NCBI GenBank assembly: GCA_019113245.1
Contig: DXHU01000013.1
Span: 6,965-70,964 of the forward strand
Origin: Candidatus Ornithospirochaeta avicola
GTDB lineage: Bacteria; Spirochaetota; Spirochaetia; Sphaerochaetales; Sphaerochaetaceae
Reading direction: 5' to 3'
Length of the DNA: 64,000 nt
In this document: positions 53,129 to 62,705 of the stretch, piece after piece
How the letters are laid out: each line of letters opens with the position of its first letter
Position numbering within the stretch: position 1 is the stretch's first letter
The notes under the pieces: model-generated
Told to the model about the DNA's origin: nothing
Seen by the model: the letters and a program-made list of their open reading frames with translations, nothing else
Databases searched by the model: none
Program-made: the position numbers and the translations under genes

Positions 53129-53851
53129 ATGAGGCTTCTTATTGTTCTTTTCCTGCCATTTGTCATCATCTCCTGCTCTCTTGATATAGAAGAGGAAATT
53201 GTTGCAGTCATTCCCTCCATCATACCTCTTGAGGACATGTGCGGTGAAAGCATAAGATACACGCTTTGTGTATTCACTGGAAGTGAAATAAGAAATATCT
53301 CTGTTCCAGTCGGGACAAAGAGAGTTCCTGTAAAAGTGAAAAAGGGATCAACTGTCATTCTTGCTCTCTATCCTGCAGAAAACTATGCGCCGCTTGGCTC
53401 TTATTATGAGCCGGGAAGCAAAAAGGAAGTATATTTTACATACACAAGAGGAAGCCTTATGGATTTTCTTTTGTCTGTTTCCACATACAGAAGCCAGATA
53501 ATAAGATCTCTTTGCCTTTCATCTCTGGAAGAGCTTTATCCAGATTTCTCATCAATAGACAAAACTCTCTTTCTTTCTGCTCTTGAAGGCGGCAGCCTTG
53601 ATGAGAAAAGCAAAATTGAAGGAACTCTTTTTGAAATCGTGGTTGAAAGTCTTTCTGAGGGGCTCTGGCAAAGTGAGAATCCGTATATCGATGATATCAG
53701 GATCAGCGGAGACGAGAATGGAAAGACAGTAAAGCTCTATGAAGGTGTGTACCGCTTTCTCAATATCGAGGAGGACAGAATGCTTACGCTCCTGGTACTT
53801 TCAGACGGACAGAAGCTGGAAAAGATATCCAAGATTGAAAAATGGTTTTAA
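53129..53851 (+). CDS. Putative lipoprotein, hypothetical
   Basis: 'MRLLIVLFLPFVIISCS' lipobox. Confidence 0.5.
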   Translation: MRLLIVLFLPFVIISCSLDIEEEIVAVIPSIIPLEDMCGESIRYTLCVFTGSEIRNISVPVGTKRVPVKVKKGSTVILALYPAENYAPLGSYYEPGSKKEVYFTYTRGSLMDFLLSVSTYRSQIIRSLCLSSLEELYPDFSSIDKTLFLSALEGGSLDEKSKIEGTLFEIVVESLSEGLWQSENPYIDDIRISGDENGKTVKLYEGVYRFLNIEEDRMLTLLVLSDGQKLEKISKIEKWF

Positions 53852-53870
53852 ATAAGTCATAATCCACCAT

Positions 53871-55073
53871 ATGGAATCATTAAGGGAGCTATATAACATA
53901 GGGTACGGTCCCAGCAGCAGCCATACAATGGGCCCCAGAAAAGCATGTGAGGATTTCATTTCACGTCATCCTGATGTAAAGAGTGCTGTCGCTGACCTTT
54001 ACGGCTCCCTTGCGGCAACAGGAAAGGGTCATCTTACCGACAAGGCGATAAGGGATGTGTTCAAAGACAAGGGCATAGATGTCGAGATCTACTGGAATGC
54101 AGATATATTCAAGGCATATCATCCGAACTGTCTGAGAATAAAGGCCGCTGATGATAGTGCAAGTGAGACATATTACTCAACCGGAGGCGGCAAGATTGTC
54201 CGCGAGGGAGAAGAGGAGAAGAAGGCAGAGGAAGTTTATCCCTCATCTGCATTCTCGAACATGGAAGAGCTTCTGAAGTATTGCGACAGCGAAGGATATC
54301 AGCTCTGGGAGGTTGCACTCAAGTTCGATGGAGAAGAAATCCTCTCCTACATGGAGAAAGTCTGGAATGTAATGAAGGATGCCATAAAGAGGGGCCTGGA
54401 GAACGAGGGCGTTCTTCCCGGCGGGCTCAAGCTTGCCAGAAAGGCATGCCTTGTCCACGAACAGGCAATGAATATGGCAGGGGCTCTTGGAAACACTCTT
54501 GTTGCCCATTCATATGCGCTTGCAGTAAGCGAGGAGAATGCCGCTGGAGGAAAGATTGTCACAGCTCCCACATGTGGAAGTTGCGGCGTTCTTCCTGGTG
54601 CTCTTTACTACATCCAGAAAGAATACGACATACCAGAAAAAAGAATACTCAGGGCGCTTCTTACAGCTGGCATGGTCGGCAATATTGTCAAGGCAAACGG
54701 ATCGATAAGCGGAGCAGAAGTCGGATGCCAGGGAGAAATAGGAGTAGCGTGCGCAATGGCGGGAGCTGCAGTTACACAGCTTCTTGGCGGAACGATCTAT
54801 CAGATAGAATATGCTGCAGAAATGGGGCTTGAGCATCATCTCGGTCTTACATGCGACCCTCTTAAAGGTCTTGTCCAGATTCCATGCATTGAGAGAAACG
54901 GTTTTGCCTGCATGAGAGCAATCGATCATTCATCCTTTGCCATTGTAGGAGATGGAAGGCACAAGATATCATTTGACGATGTTGTTGAAGTAATGATGGA
55001 GACAGGGCATGCGCTTCCATCCCTTTACAGGGAGACAAGCATGGGAGGGCTGGCCCGCGTATATGAGCTCTAA
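53871..55073 (+). CDS. sdaA: L-serine ammonia-lyase (iron-sulfur dependent, single chain)
   Basis: '[12 protein letters not shown]' and '[13 protein letters not shown]' motifs. Confidence 0.9.
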   Translation: MESLRELYNIGYGPSSSHTMGPRKACEDFISRHPDVKSAVADLYGSLAATGKGHLTDKAIRDVFKDKGIDVEIYWNADIFKAYHPNCLRIKAADDSASETYYSTGGGKIVREGEEEKKAEEVYPSSAFSNMEELLKYCDSEGYQLWEVALKFDGEEILSYMEKVWNVMKDAIKRGLENEGVLPGGLKLARKACLVHEQAMNMAGALGNTLVAHSYALAVSEENAAGGKIVTAPTCGSCGVLPGALYYIQKEYDIPEKRILRALLTAGMVGNIVKANGSISGAEVGCQGEIGVACAMAGAAVTQLLGGTIYQIEYAAEMGLEHHLGLTCDPLKGLVQIPCIERNGFACMRAIDHSSFAIVGDGRHKISFDDVVEVMMETGHALPSLYRETSMGGLARVYEL

Positions 55074-55768
55074 GAGAGGTATCTGAAATCCTCGAAAAGT
55101 AGATATATGTTCGTGTGTCTTTTCAGCGATTCATTATTCCTGTTTATTAATTCCCAGCTCTGCGTGTAATTGATCTTCTCAACAAGGCCTTCCTTTTCAA
55201 GAAAGGATATGAACGCAATATGATTTCTTACCTCATCAGAAAAATGATCAGAAAGATTCGTCTTCCTGTTGTCGCTGACGCTTTCTGTTATGTTAAAAAG
55301 GGCATGTTCAAGATTTCTTGACATATAGTAAAGACGGTATGGAATCTCATCTGTCAGCAACCTTGCCATGCTTAGAATATTTGCATTCCTGCTTTTCTTT
55401 TTGTTTCTTTGCAAGAATGACAGCCTGTGTGCTGTGTAGATTGCATCTTCTGTGTATTCTGCTTTGTTTGCTTCCTCTTTGTATATGACAAAGGAGGAGC
55501 CGGAAAACGCTCCGTCCGTGTCTATTATCTCAAAGACTGACAGGATGTCAGACATCTTGAGGCCATAGCGCTTTCTTTCCTGTGCTACTATGCGCCTTAT
55601 CAGGTTGAGAGGATCCTCGCTCTTGTCTGCATCCAGCATCAGATCTCCATGTGCTACATGGAATTTCACAATCGCATCTGGAAAGAAAGAGCGCATTACA
55701 GGATACAGCGCATTCTCATCAGTCGGTCCTTCAACTATGAAGAGTATCAGTTTCTTCCTCTTCATCAT
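55070..55768 (-). CDS. Toprim-like protein (RloB/DUF4276/OLD-type), partner of the upstream ATPase
   Basis: '[15 protein letters not shown]' (Toprim Glu) and '[10 protein letters not shown]' (DxD). Its stop overlaps the convergent sdaA stop by 4 nt. Confidence 0.55.
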   Translation of the reverse strand: MMKRKKLILFIVEGPTDENALYPVMRSFFPDAIVKFHVAHGDLMLDADKSEDPLNLIRRIVAQERKRYGLKMSDILSVFEIIDTDGAFSGSSFVIYKEEANKAEYTEDAIYTAHRLSFLQRNKKKSRNANILSMARLLTDEIPYRLYYMSRNLEHALFNITESVSDNRKTNLSDHFSDEVRNHIAFISFLEKEGLVEKINYTQSWELINRNNESLKRHTNIYLLFEDFRYLS

Positions 55769-57092
55769 ATTTCACCCACGCATCCTTGAGAGCCTTTCCA
55801 ATCTCATATGTGTCAGTCTCTTCGTACATGTTTTCCTTGCTTCCGCCAAGCAGGATGCTGCTTATATAGCGGTCCCTCAGATTTGCCGTCCTTGATCCGG
55901 TCATTCTGATGTATCGGTTTTCTGCATTTGTAGTGCTGAATATGATATTGTCCTTGTCTATCATCTCAAGGATTCTGAGGTTGTGGCTTGTGAAGATGAG
56001 CTGACCAAGTGCGTTTTTCGAGAATATGAGGACTATCTCTCCAAGCAGGTATTCAAAGATAGATGCATCAAATTCATCAATCACAAGGCATACAGAAGGA
56101 TTGTTGTAGACAAAGAGAAGAAGATTCACCAGGCTGATGATTTTTATTATTCCCTCCGACTCGTATCTGAGAGGAATTGCCTTTCCGTTTTTAAGCGATA
56201 CAAGCTCAATGCGGTATGCACGCTCTCCTTCTTCTGTAAGCTCTTTCCCTGCATCGTATACAGAAAGAATAAGGTGGGGCACGACAGCAGAAAGAACTCT
56301 GTTCATTTCAGCTATGATTCTTTCAAGAGTCCTTCTTTCATCCTTTGAAAGGAGTGCAGGCTTGTTCAGATCTATGCTCATTGTTCCTTTCTTTATCTCA
56401 CCGTTTTCCTTTTTCTGGTATGTGAGCATCATATGATAGTCACTGGAGAGGCCGCTTTCTTTGGCAGAGAGGACAATCAGGTTGCTGTCTGCATAATCTT
56501 TTATATCAGCAAGCGCTTTTTTCAGCTCCTCATAGTCAGAAGAGGAGAGAAGGGAGAATGCCGTGTCGTTTCCAAACAGGAAGCTCTCATTGTTCTTTTC
56601 CATAAGGCGGGAAGAGACGAGAAGATCAAGTTCTTTTTCCTTGTCTCCGGCACATATTTTCTTCAGAGTAGCAGATGGGGAAATCTTTCTGTCTTCGCTT
56701 GAGTATGAGGCAAGAATGGTTTCTCTTTTGCCTTTCTCTTTCATGGCAAGCGTTTCCTTGGAAATATATGCTTTGCCGTTATCTTTTGAAATAGTGACTG
56801 AATAAGTGTAGAAAACAGGAGAAATATCAAGAGTTAAAGATAAAGAGAACGATGAGCTTTCTATGTTGATGTAATTCCTGCTGCGCTCCGGGAGTGGAAA
56901 GCCGCTCATTATTCTCTGTAGGATGAACAGAGCATCGATTATCGCAGTCTTTCCGCTTCCGTTCTGCCCGTATATTCCCAGGATATCCCTGTTATTTTCT
57001 CCACCCTTTATATAGCGGGGCATGGTTATGCTTCCCTTCTTCACGTTTTTAAAGTCATTAAGTGTGATTGAGACTATTCTGGTTGTACTCAT
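55731..57092 (-). CDS. ABC/AAA15-type ATPase (AbiLi/AriA/OLD-ATPase-like)
   Basis: Walker A 'GQNGSGKTA', signature-like 'ESEGIIK', Walker B 'CLVIDEFDASI', 'FTSHN'. Overlaps the Toprim gene start by 38 nt. Start at 'MSTTRIV'. Confidence 0.8.
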   Translation of the reverse strand: MSTTRIVSITLNDFKNVKKGSITMPRYIKGGENNRDILGIYGQNGSGKTAIIDALFILQRIMSGFPLPERSRNYINIESSSFSLSLTLDISPVFYTYSVTISKDNGKAYISKETLAMKEKGKRETILASYSSEDRKISPSATLKKICAGDKEKELDLLVSSRLMEKNNESFLFGNDTAFSLLSSSDYEELKKALADIKDYADSNLIVLSAKESGLSSDYHMMLTYQKKENGEIKKGTMSIDLNKPALLSKDERRTLERIIAEMNRVLSAVVPHLILSVYDAGKELTEEGERAYRIELVSLKNGKAIPLRYESEGIIKIISLVNLLLFVYNNPSVCLVIDEFDASIFEYLLGEIVLIFSKNALGQLIFTSHNLRILEMIDKDNIIFSTTNAENRYIRMTGSRTANLRDRYISSILLGGSKENMYEETDTYEIGKALKDAWVKYDEEEETDTLHS

Positions 57093-57134
57093 GTCAATCT
57101 CCACTCATATTTTAATACAGAGAAGAGGAGAAGG

Positions 57135-57161
57135 CAAAAAAAGAGTGCTCAAAGCTGAGCA
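57135..57161 (-). terminator. Rho-independent terminator after lipoprotein gene 57227..57787
   Basis: GTGCTCA (57144-50) AAGC TGAGCAC (57155-61). On the minus strand it is followed by CTTTTTTTG. Confidence 0.55.
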
Positions 57162-57226
57162 CCCTGAATCTTACATAAACAAAGAGTCAGAAGAATAGTT
57201 TTCATTTCATTTTAAGTTTATGCTCT

Positions 57227-57787
57227 TTAAGTATCATTCAATGTATTTAAATCAACGCCATTGATTATCAACTTTTTGAAGGAAGCCATATCTTCTTCTA
57301 TGGTATCTGTTTCAAACTCTACTTTGTAGACCTGGTTTTCAGTTTTTATTATTAGTTCACCTTTCTCGGGAGACATGGTGCTACTAAAAGTACTATTTCC
57401 CCAATAAATATAGCTTTTGTGGTCTTTGTCATCTGCGTCGCTTTTGAACCCACACACCACTATATCTATATTGACATCATCTGCAATTGTTTTCTTCTTT
57501 AAAGAAAATGATTTGTCTCCTGCAATATAATCATTAATTTCACTTAGATTAATTTTTTTTACTTCTGAATCATGGCAAAAATCGCTAGTAAAACCGTTAT
57601 AAATCAACTCTGTTCCTAGCTTCTGGAATTCTTCCTTTGTTTTGCTTTTTAATGATGCATCTTCAGTAGGCTTAGGAGCGCTTAAAAAAGGATTGTCTAA
57701 ATCTCTTTTAGGATTATTCAAATTTCCATCGCATGAGACTGCAATAAATGAAAATAGAATAAATAGAACAGCTAATATTTTTTTCAT
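57227..57787 (-). CDS. Lipoprotein, paralog of 59527..59964
   Basis: 'MKKILAVLFILFSFIAVSCDGN' lipobox. The ORF-track 5' extension is the translated promoter repeat. Confidence 0.6.
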   Translation of the reverse strand: MKKILAVLFILFSFIAVSCDGNLNNPKRDLDNPFLSAPKPTEDASLKSKTKEEFQKLGTELIYNGFTSDFCHDSEVKKINLSEINDYIAGDKSFSLKKKTIADDVNIDIVVCGFKSDADDKDHKSYIYWGNSTFSSTMSPEKGELIIKTENQVYKVEFETDTIEEDMASFKKLIINGVDLNTLNDT

Positions 57788-57805
57788 AAAACACCATACT
57801 TTTGA

Positions 57806-57859
57806 ATTTCTAGACAAAGTGTAGAGTATTTTTTTTTCTTGTAAAGAATTATCTGTACT
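57806..57859 (-). promoter_or_regulatory. Conserved 54-nt promoter/leader block, copy 1
   Basis: About 50/54 identical to 59983-60036. On the minus strand it contains TTTACA, a 16-nt spacer, then TACACT. Confidence 0.5.
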
Positions 57860-58186
57860 TGCAGTGAAAAACAATAAAAATTTCGTCTTTAGATAAAAGA
57901 CTTTTAGCAAAGGTATTTATATTATAATTAGTCCTTGAAACAAGGGAAAAAAGAAAAGCAAAAAATAGAAAAATTTGAAATTATAAAAGATGATTCAGAA
58001 GGAAACCCTACAGGATTTTACGAGAGACATGATGAGGATGAAAAATACCGATTATTCTATGGTACACATTTTGTTTCTCCTTGCATTCAATATCTTAATA
58101 AACAATAAAAATGACTTTTATCTTCAAATTAATCACTGAATAATGATTTTTCTGGACTTAAAAATCATTTATGCTAGAATAATGAT

Positions 58187-59494
58187 ATGTACAGGAAAAT
58201 AGAGAAAACATTAAAAGAGTGGAAGGAAACACAAGGACGGAAACCTTTGCTTATTCTAGGTGCCAGACAGACTGGGAAATCGTATGTCACGGGAAAATTT
58301 GCAAGAGAGGAATTCGATTCTGTCATTACTGTTGATTTTGAGAAAACCCCCAATATCAGAAGAGTTTTTGATGGAGATCTTGCTCCAGATGTTGTAATTG
58401 CACAGCTTGAAGCTATATCTGGTATTTCTTTCATAAAAGGGAAAACACTTATCATCTTAGATGAAATTCAGGCATGTCCAAGGGCAATAACTGCTTTAAA
58501 GTATTTCTGCGACAGTGCAGAGGACTTTTTTGTGATAGGAGCAGGTAGCCTTCTTGGTGTAGCTATAAACCGTGAGGATTTTTCTTTTCCTGTAGGTAAG
58601 GTGAGAACAGAGCACCTGTTTCCAATGGATTATGAGGAATTTCTGATTGCCTTGGGCAAAGACACTCTGCTGGAACATTGCCGCTCTTCTTTTTCAGAGA
58701 GAAATCCTTTGTTGTCAGCTTTGCATGAAGAACTGCTTTCCCTTTACAGATTGTACCTTGTTGTCGGGGGTATGCCAGAAGCTGTAAAAACATTTATTGA
58801 TCATGGGAGTTATATCAAAGCAGGGGAAGTGCAGGAAGGAATCCTTTCTGATTACAGAGCAGATATTGCAAAGTATGCAGAAGACTCTCGGAAAGTACTT
58901 TCTCACCGTGCTTTTGATACTATTCCTGCGCAGCTGGCAAAGGAGAACAGAAAATTCCAGTACAATCTGATAAGAAAAGGTGCAACATCATCAATATTTG
59001 GAAAATCTCTGGAATGGTTATGCGATGCAGGTCTTACCCTCAGATGTTCAAAGGTTTCTGCTCCGAACATTCCTCTAAAGGCTTATGAAGATCTTTCATC
59101 TTTCAAGCTGTATCTATTGGATCCTGGACTTCTAGTCAGGATGTCCGGTCTTCCTTGCGAGATAGTTCTTAATCAGATAGGTGAACGTTTTATTGGAGGA
59201 CTTACAGAGAATTATGTCGCATCAACATTTGCTTCAGCGGGGATGCCTCTTTATTATTGGGAATCTTCAGGAAGAGCTGAAATAGATTTTCTCATGCAGT
59301 ATGGAACAGAGGTGGTTCCAGTAGAGGTCAAGGCAGGTGAGCATGTCAGATCAAGAAGTCTGTCCGTATATAGGAACACTTATAATCCTTCTTTGAGTAT
59401 AAGACTATCTACAAGGAATTTCGGTTTTGAAGATGGACTCTTTTCTGTTCCTATCTATGCTGCCTGGCTTCTTTCCTCAAGTGCCCCAAGATGA
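58187..59494 (+). CDS. AAA+ ATPase with DUF4143 domain
   Basis: Walker A 'GARQTGKS', Walker B 'LIILDEIQ', DUF4143-like middle, 'EIDFLM...VPVEVK' nuclease-fold-like tail. Confidence 0.8.
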   Translation: MYRKIEKTLKEWKETQGRKPLLILGARQTGKSYVTGKFAREEFDSVITVDFEKTPNIRRVFDGDLAPDVVIAQLEAISGISFIKGKTLIILDEIQACPRAITALKYFCDSAEDFFVIGAGSLLGVAINREDFSFPVGKVRTEHLFPMDYEEFLIALGKDTLLEHCRSSFSERNPLLSALHEELLSLYRLYLVVGGMPEAVKTFIDHGSYIKAGEVQEGILSDYRADIAKYAEDSRKVLSHRAFDTIPAQLAKENRKFQYNLIRKGATSSIFGKSLEWLCDAGLTLRCSKVSAPNIPLKAYEDLSSFKLYLLDPGLLVRMSGLPCEIVLNQIGERFIGGLTENYVASTFASAGMPLYYWESSGRAEIDFLMQYGTEVVPVEVKAGEHVRSRSLSVYRNTYNPSLSIRLSTRNFGFEDGLFSVPIYAAWLLSSSAPR

Positions 59495-59526
59495 GGCACA
59501 TTGAAGATTAACAGCAGAGGAAAGTA

Positions 59527-59964
59527 TTAATATTCCTCAGAAATATCTACACCATTAATTTTGTAGACTGGATTATATGGATCTTCTGTTTGTTCTGCTG
59601 TGAGAGTGAAAACGTCATTATCGAGTTGTACAGTGAGATTAGCGCCGCTGGTTTGACTAACTTTTCCCCAGATTGTGATTTTTGTTCCTCCTTTTATGGC
59701 ATCGTTTCCGTCAGCGATTTTTTCAAATCCATTATAGATAAGAGTCATTCCTTCCATAGTAATGTTATCATTAGGCATCTCATTCTCAATGTCATTTATT
59801 TCGAAAATGGCGTCTTCGGCTGTCTTTCCTTCTAATAAATGGTTTTTAAGAAAATCAGTCCCTGTTGTATTTACAGCAGGAGCATCCGGAGTTTTTGTAT
59901 TTCCATCACAAGATATAGCAAGAATGGAAAGTAGAACAAGTAAAGCAACAAATAATTTCTTCAT
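59527..59964 (-). CDS. Lipoprotein, paralog of 57227..57787
   Basis: 'MKKLFVALLVLLSILAISCDGN' lipobox. Confidence 0.6.
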   Translation of the reverse strand: MKKLFVALLVLLSILAISCDGNTKTPDAPAVNTTGTDFLKNHLLEGKTAEDAIFEINDIENEMPNDNITMEGMTLIYNGFEKIADGNDAIKGGTKITIWGKVSQTSGANLTVQLDNDVFTLTAEQTEDPYNPVYKINGVDISEEY

Positions 59965-59982
59965 ATTACACCTCGCTTTTAA

Positions 59983-60036
59983 ATTTCTAGGCAAAGTGTA
60001 TAGTATTTTTTTTTCTTGTAAAGAATTATCTATACT
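59983..60036 (-). promoter_or_regulatory. Conserved 54-nt promoter/leader block, copy 2
   Basis: See copy 1. Confidence 0.5.
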
Positions 60037-60082
60037 GAAAGAGAAAAAGAGAGGGGAGCCTGAGCTCCCCATTACATCTCTT

Positions 60083-62599
60083 TTATTTTACTACGATGTT
60101 TACAAGCTTGTTTGGAACAACAATTTCCTTTACGATTGTCTTTCCTTCAATCCATGGAATAACTTTAGGATCTGCTTTTGCCTTAGCTATAAGCACATCT
60201 TTCTCTTCATCTCGCTCTGCATTGAACTTGGCTCTCAGCTTGCCGTTAATCTGGACTACGAACTCAATCTCGTCATCGATGCACTTCTTCTCATCGTACT
60301 CTGGCCAGCGCTCTTTGCTGATGCTTGCCTTGTGGCCAAAGATGCTCCACATCTCTTCTGCAATGTGAGGTGTGAAAGGAGAAAGGAGAAGGGCAAGGGT
60401 CTCCATTGCTTTTTTAGGAACAGTATCAAGGCGGTTGATTTCATTGACATAGACCATCATCTGGCTTATTGCTGTGTTGAAAGAAAGGCTCTCGATATCC
60501 TCTGTGACTTTCTTTATTGTCTTATGCATGAGCTTATCAAGATCTGCTGGCATTTCTGTGTCTGCAACTTCCTTTTCTGTTGTTATTCTCCAGATTCTGT
60601 CAAGGAAGCGGTAAACACCCATGAAGCCATTTGTAGCCCATGGCTTGCTTTCAGTAAGAGGCCCCATGAACATCTCATACATTCTCACGCTGTCTGCACC
60701 GTAGTTCTTGATGTAATCATCAGGGTTGATGACGTTTTTAAGGCTCTTGCTCATCTTTGCAATCACCTGTGTGACTTCTTCCCCGCTTTCCTTTTCAACG
60801 AACTTTCCTGGAGCAATCTCTTCTACAGTATCAACAGGAACAAGGCTCTTGTTCTTCTTCTGATAAGCAAAAGAGGTAATCATGCCCTGGTTGACCAGCT
60901 TATGAAAAGGCTCTTTTGTGCTTACAAGGCCGAGATCATAGAGCACCTTGTGCCAGAATCTTGCATAAAGAAGGTGCAACACAGCATGCTCTGCTCCTCC
61001 TACATAGAGGCTTACCGGCATCCAGTATTCTTCTTTCTCTCTAGCCACGAACTCTTTCTCGTTATCCGGATCGAGATAACGCAGGTAATACCAGCAGGAG
61101 CCTGCCCACTGAGGCATTGTGTTTGTCTCTCTTTCAGCATCAGAACCGCATACAGGGCATTTTGTCTTGACCCAGCTCTTTACATTCACAAGAGGAGATT
61201 CCCCTGTTCCGCTTGGCTCGTACTTTGTAACTTCCGGAAGAGTCAGAGGAAGCTCTTCTTCTGGAACAAGGACATTGCCGCATTTCGGGCAGTGGATTAC
61301 AGGAATCGGCTCACCCCAGTACCTCTGACGGGAGAAGACCCAGTCGCGGAGCTTGTAGTTGACAGCCTTGTGCCCGCATTTGTGCTCCTCAAGCCAGCAA
61401 AGCATTGCATCAATTGCTTCTTTCTTGTTCATTCCATCAAGGAAGGAAGAATTCACATGCTCCCCATCTCCTTCCCAGACTTCCTCCTGGACATCCACAT
61501 TGCTCTTCAGGACCTCGATGATGGGAAGCGAGAATTTCTTTGCAAACTCCCAGTCCCTTGAGTCGTGAGCCGGAACTGCCATGATTGCTCCTGTTCCGTA
61601 GCTTATGAGGACATAGTCTGCAATCCAGATTGGAATCCTCTTTCCGTTAACTGGATTTATGGCATAGCTTCCAGAGAACACTCCTGTCTTGTCCTTCGCA
61701 AGATCCGTGCGCTCAAGGTCGCTCTTGTGCTTTGCCTCATCGATGTATTTCTCAACAGCTTCTTTCTGCTCAGCTGTAGTGAGTTTCTCAACAAAAGGAT
61801 GCTCCGGTGCTATGACCATGTAGGTTGCGCCGAAGAGCGTGTCAGGTCGTGTTGTATATACTTCAAGGCAATCATCAAAGTTCTCAAGCTTGAAGAATAC
61901 TGAAGCTCCTTCACTCTTTCCAATCCAGTTTCTCTGCATTGCCTTGACGCTTTCCGGCCAGTCAAGCTCATCAAGGTCTTCAAGAAGGCGGTCTGCATAT
62001 GCTGTGATTTTCAGAACCCACTGGCGGATGTTCTTCTTCTCGACCTTTTCTCCGCAGCGCTCACATCTTCCTTCCTTGACTTCCTCGTTTGCAAGTCCTG
62101 TCTTGCAGCTCGGGCACCAGTTGATAGGAGTATGAGCCTCGTATGCAAGACCTCTTTTATATAGCTGCTCGAAGATCCACTGTGTCCAGTGGTAGTACTT
62201 CTCATCACATGTGGCAATTTCCCTGTCCCAGTCGTATGAGAAGCCGAAGCTCTTGAGCTGACGGGAGAAATTGTCCATGTTCTTCTTTGTTGTCACATAA
62301 GGGTGTGTTCCAGTCTTTATCGCATAGTTCTCTGCGGGAAGTCCGAATGCGTCAAATCCCATCGGGTGAAGGACATTGTACCCCTTCATCCTGTAGTAGC
62401 GTGAATATATGTCTGTTGCTGTATAGCCCTCTGGATGTCCTACATGGAGACCTGCCCCTGATGGGTAAGGGAACATATCAAGGACATACTTTCTTTTCTC
62501 TTTGGGAAAAGATGGGTCCTCAGTTGTTCTGAAGCTCTTGTTCTCTTCCCAGTATTTCTGCCATTTTTCTTCTATTTCTCTGAAAGGATATTTGCTCAT
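60083..62599 (-). CDS. leuS: Leucine--tRNA ligase
   Basis: '[16 protein letters not shown]' (HIGH) and 'KMSKSLKN' (KMSKS). 838 aa. Confidence 0.97.
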   Translation of the reverse strand: MSKYPFREIEEKWQKYWEENKSFRTTEDPSFPKEKRKYVLDMFPYPSGAGLHVGHPEGYTATDIYSRYYRMKGYNVLHPMGFDAFGLPAENYAIKTGTHPYVTTKKNMDNFSRQLKSFGFSYDWDREIATCDEKYYHWTQWIFEQLYKRGLAYEAHTPINWCPSCKTGLANEEVKEGRCERCGEKVEKKNIRQWVLKITAYADRLLEDLDELDWPESVKAMQRNWIGKSEGASVFFKLENFDDCLEVYTTRPDTLFGATYMVIAPEHPFVEKLTTAEQKEAVEKYIDEAKHKSDLERTDLAKDKTGVFSGSYAINPVNGKRIPIWIADYVLISYGTGAIMAVPAHDSRDWEFAKKFSLPIIEVLKSNVDVQEEVWEGDGEHVNSSFLDGMNKKEAIDAMLCWLEEHKCGHKAVNYKLRDWVFSRQRYWGEPIPVIHCPKCGNVLVPEEELPLTLPEVTKYEPSGTGESPLVNVKSWVKTKCPVCGSDAERETNTMPQWAGSCWYYLRYLDPDNEKEFVAREKEEYWMPVSLYVGGAEHAVLHLLYARFWHKVLYDLGLVSTKEPFHKLVNQGMITSFAYQKKNKSLVPVDTVEEIAPGKFVEKESGEEVTQVIAKMSKSLKNVINPDDYIKNYGADSVRMYEMFMGPLTESKPWATNGFMGVYRFLDRIWRITTEKEVADTEMPADLDKLMHKTIKKVTEDIESLSFNTAISQMMVYVNEINRLDTVPKKAMETLALLLSPFTPHIAEEMWSIFGHKASISKERWPEYDEKKCIDDEIEFVVQINGKLRAKFNAERDEEKDVLIAKAKADPKVIPWIEGKTIVKEIVVPNKLVNIVVK

Positions 62600-62705
62600 A
62601 GCGCCATGATAAAACCTATAAAGGTTTTTTTCAATTGAGAAGAGGACAGAAGCTTGAATTTGGGGGTTTTGTCAAAACTGCCGTATTTGGATTATAATAG
62701 TCGCT

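Noticed and set aside
59762-61561. 599-aa plus-strand ORF
   Set aside because: It lies entirely antisense to leuS, which carries unmistakable HIGH and KMSKS motifs. The product is low-complexity and Cys/Phe/Leu-rich with no motifs, which is typical of a shadow ORF.
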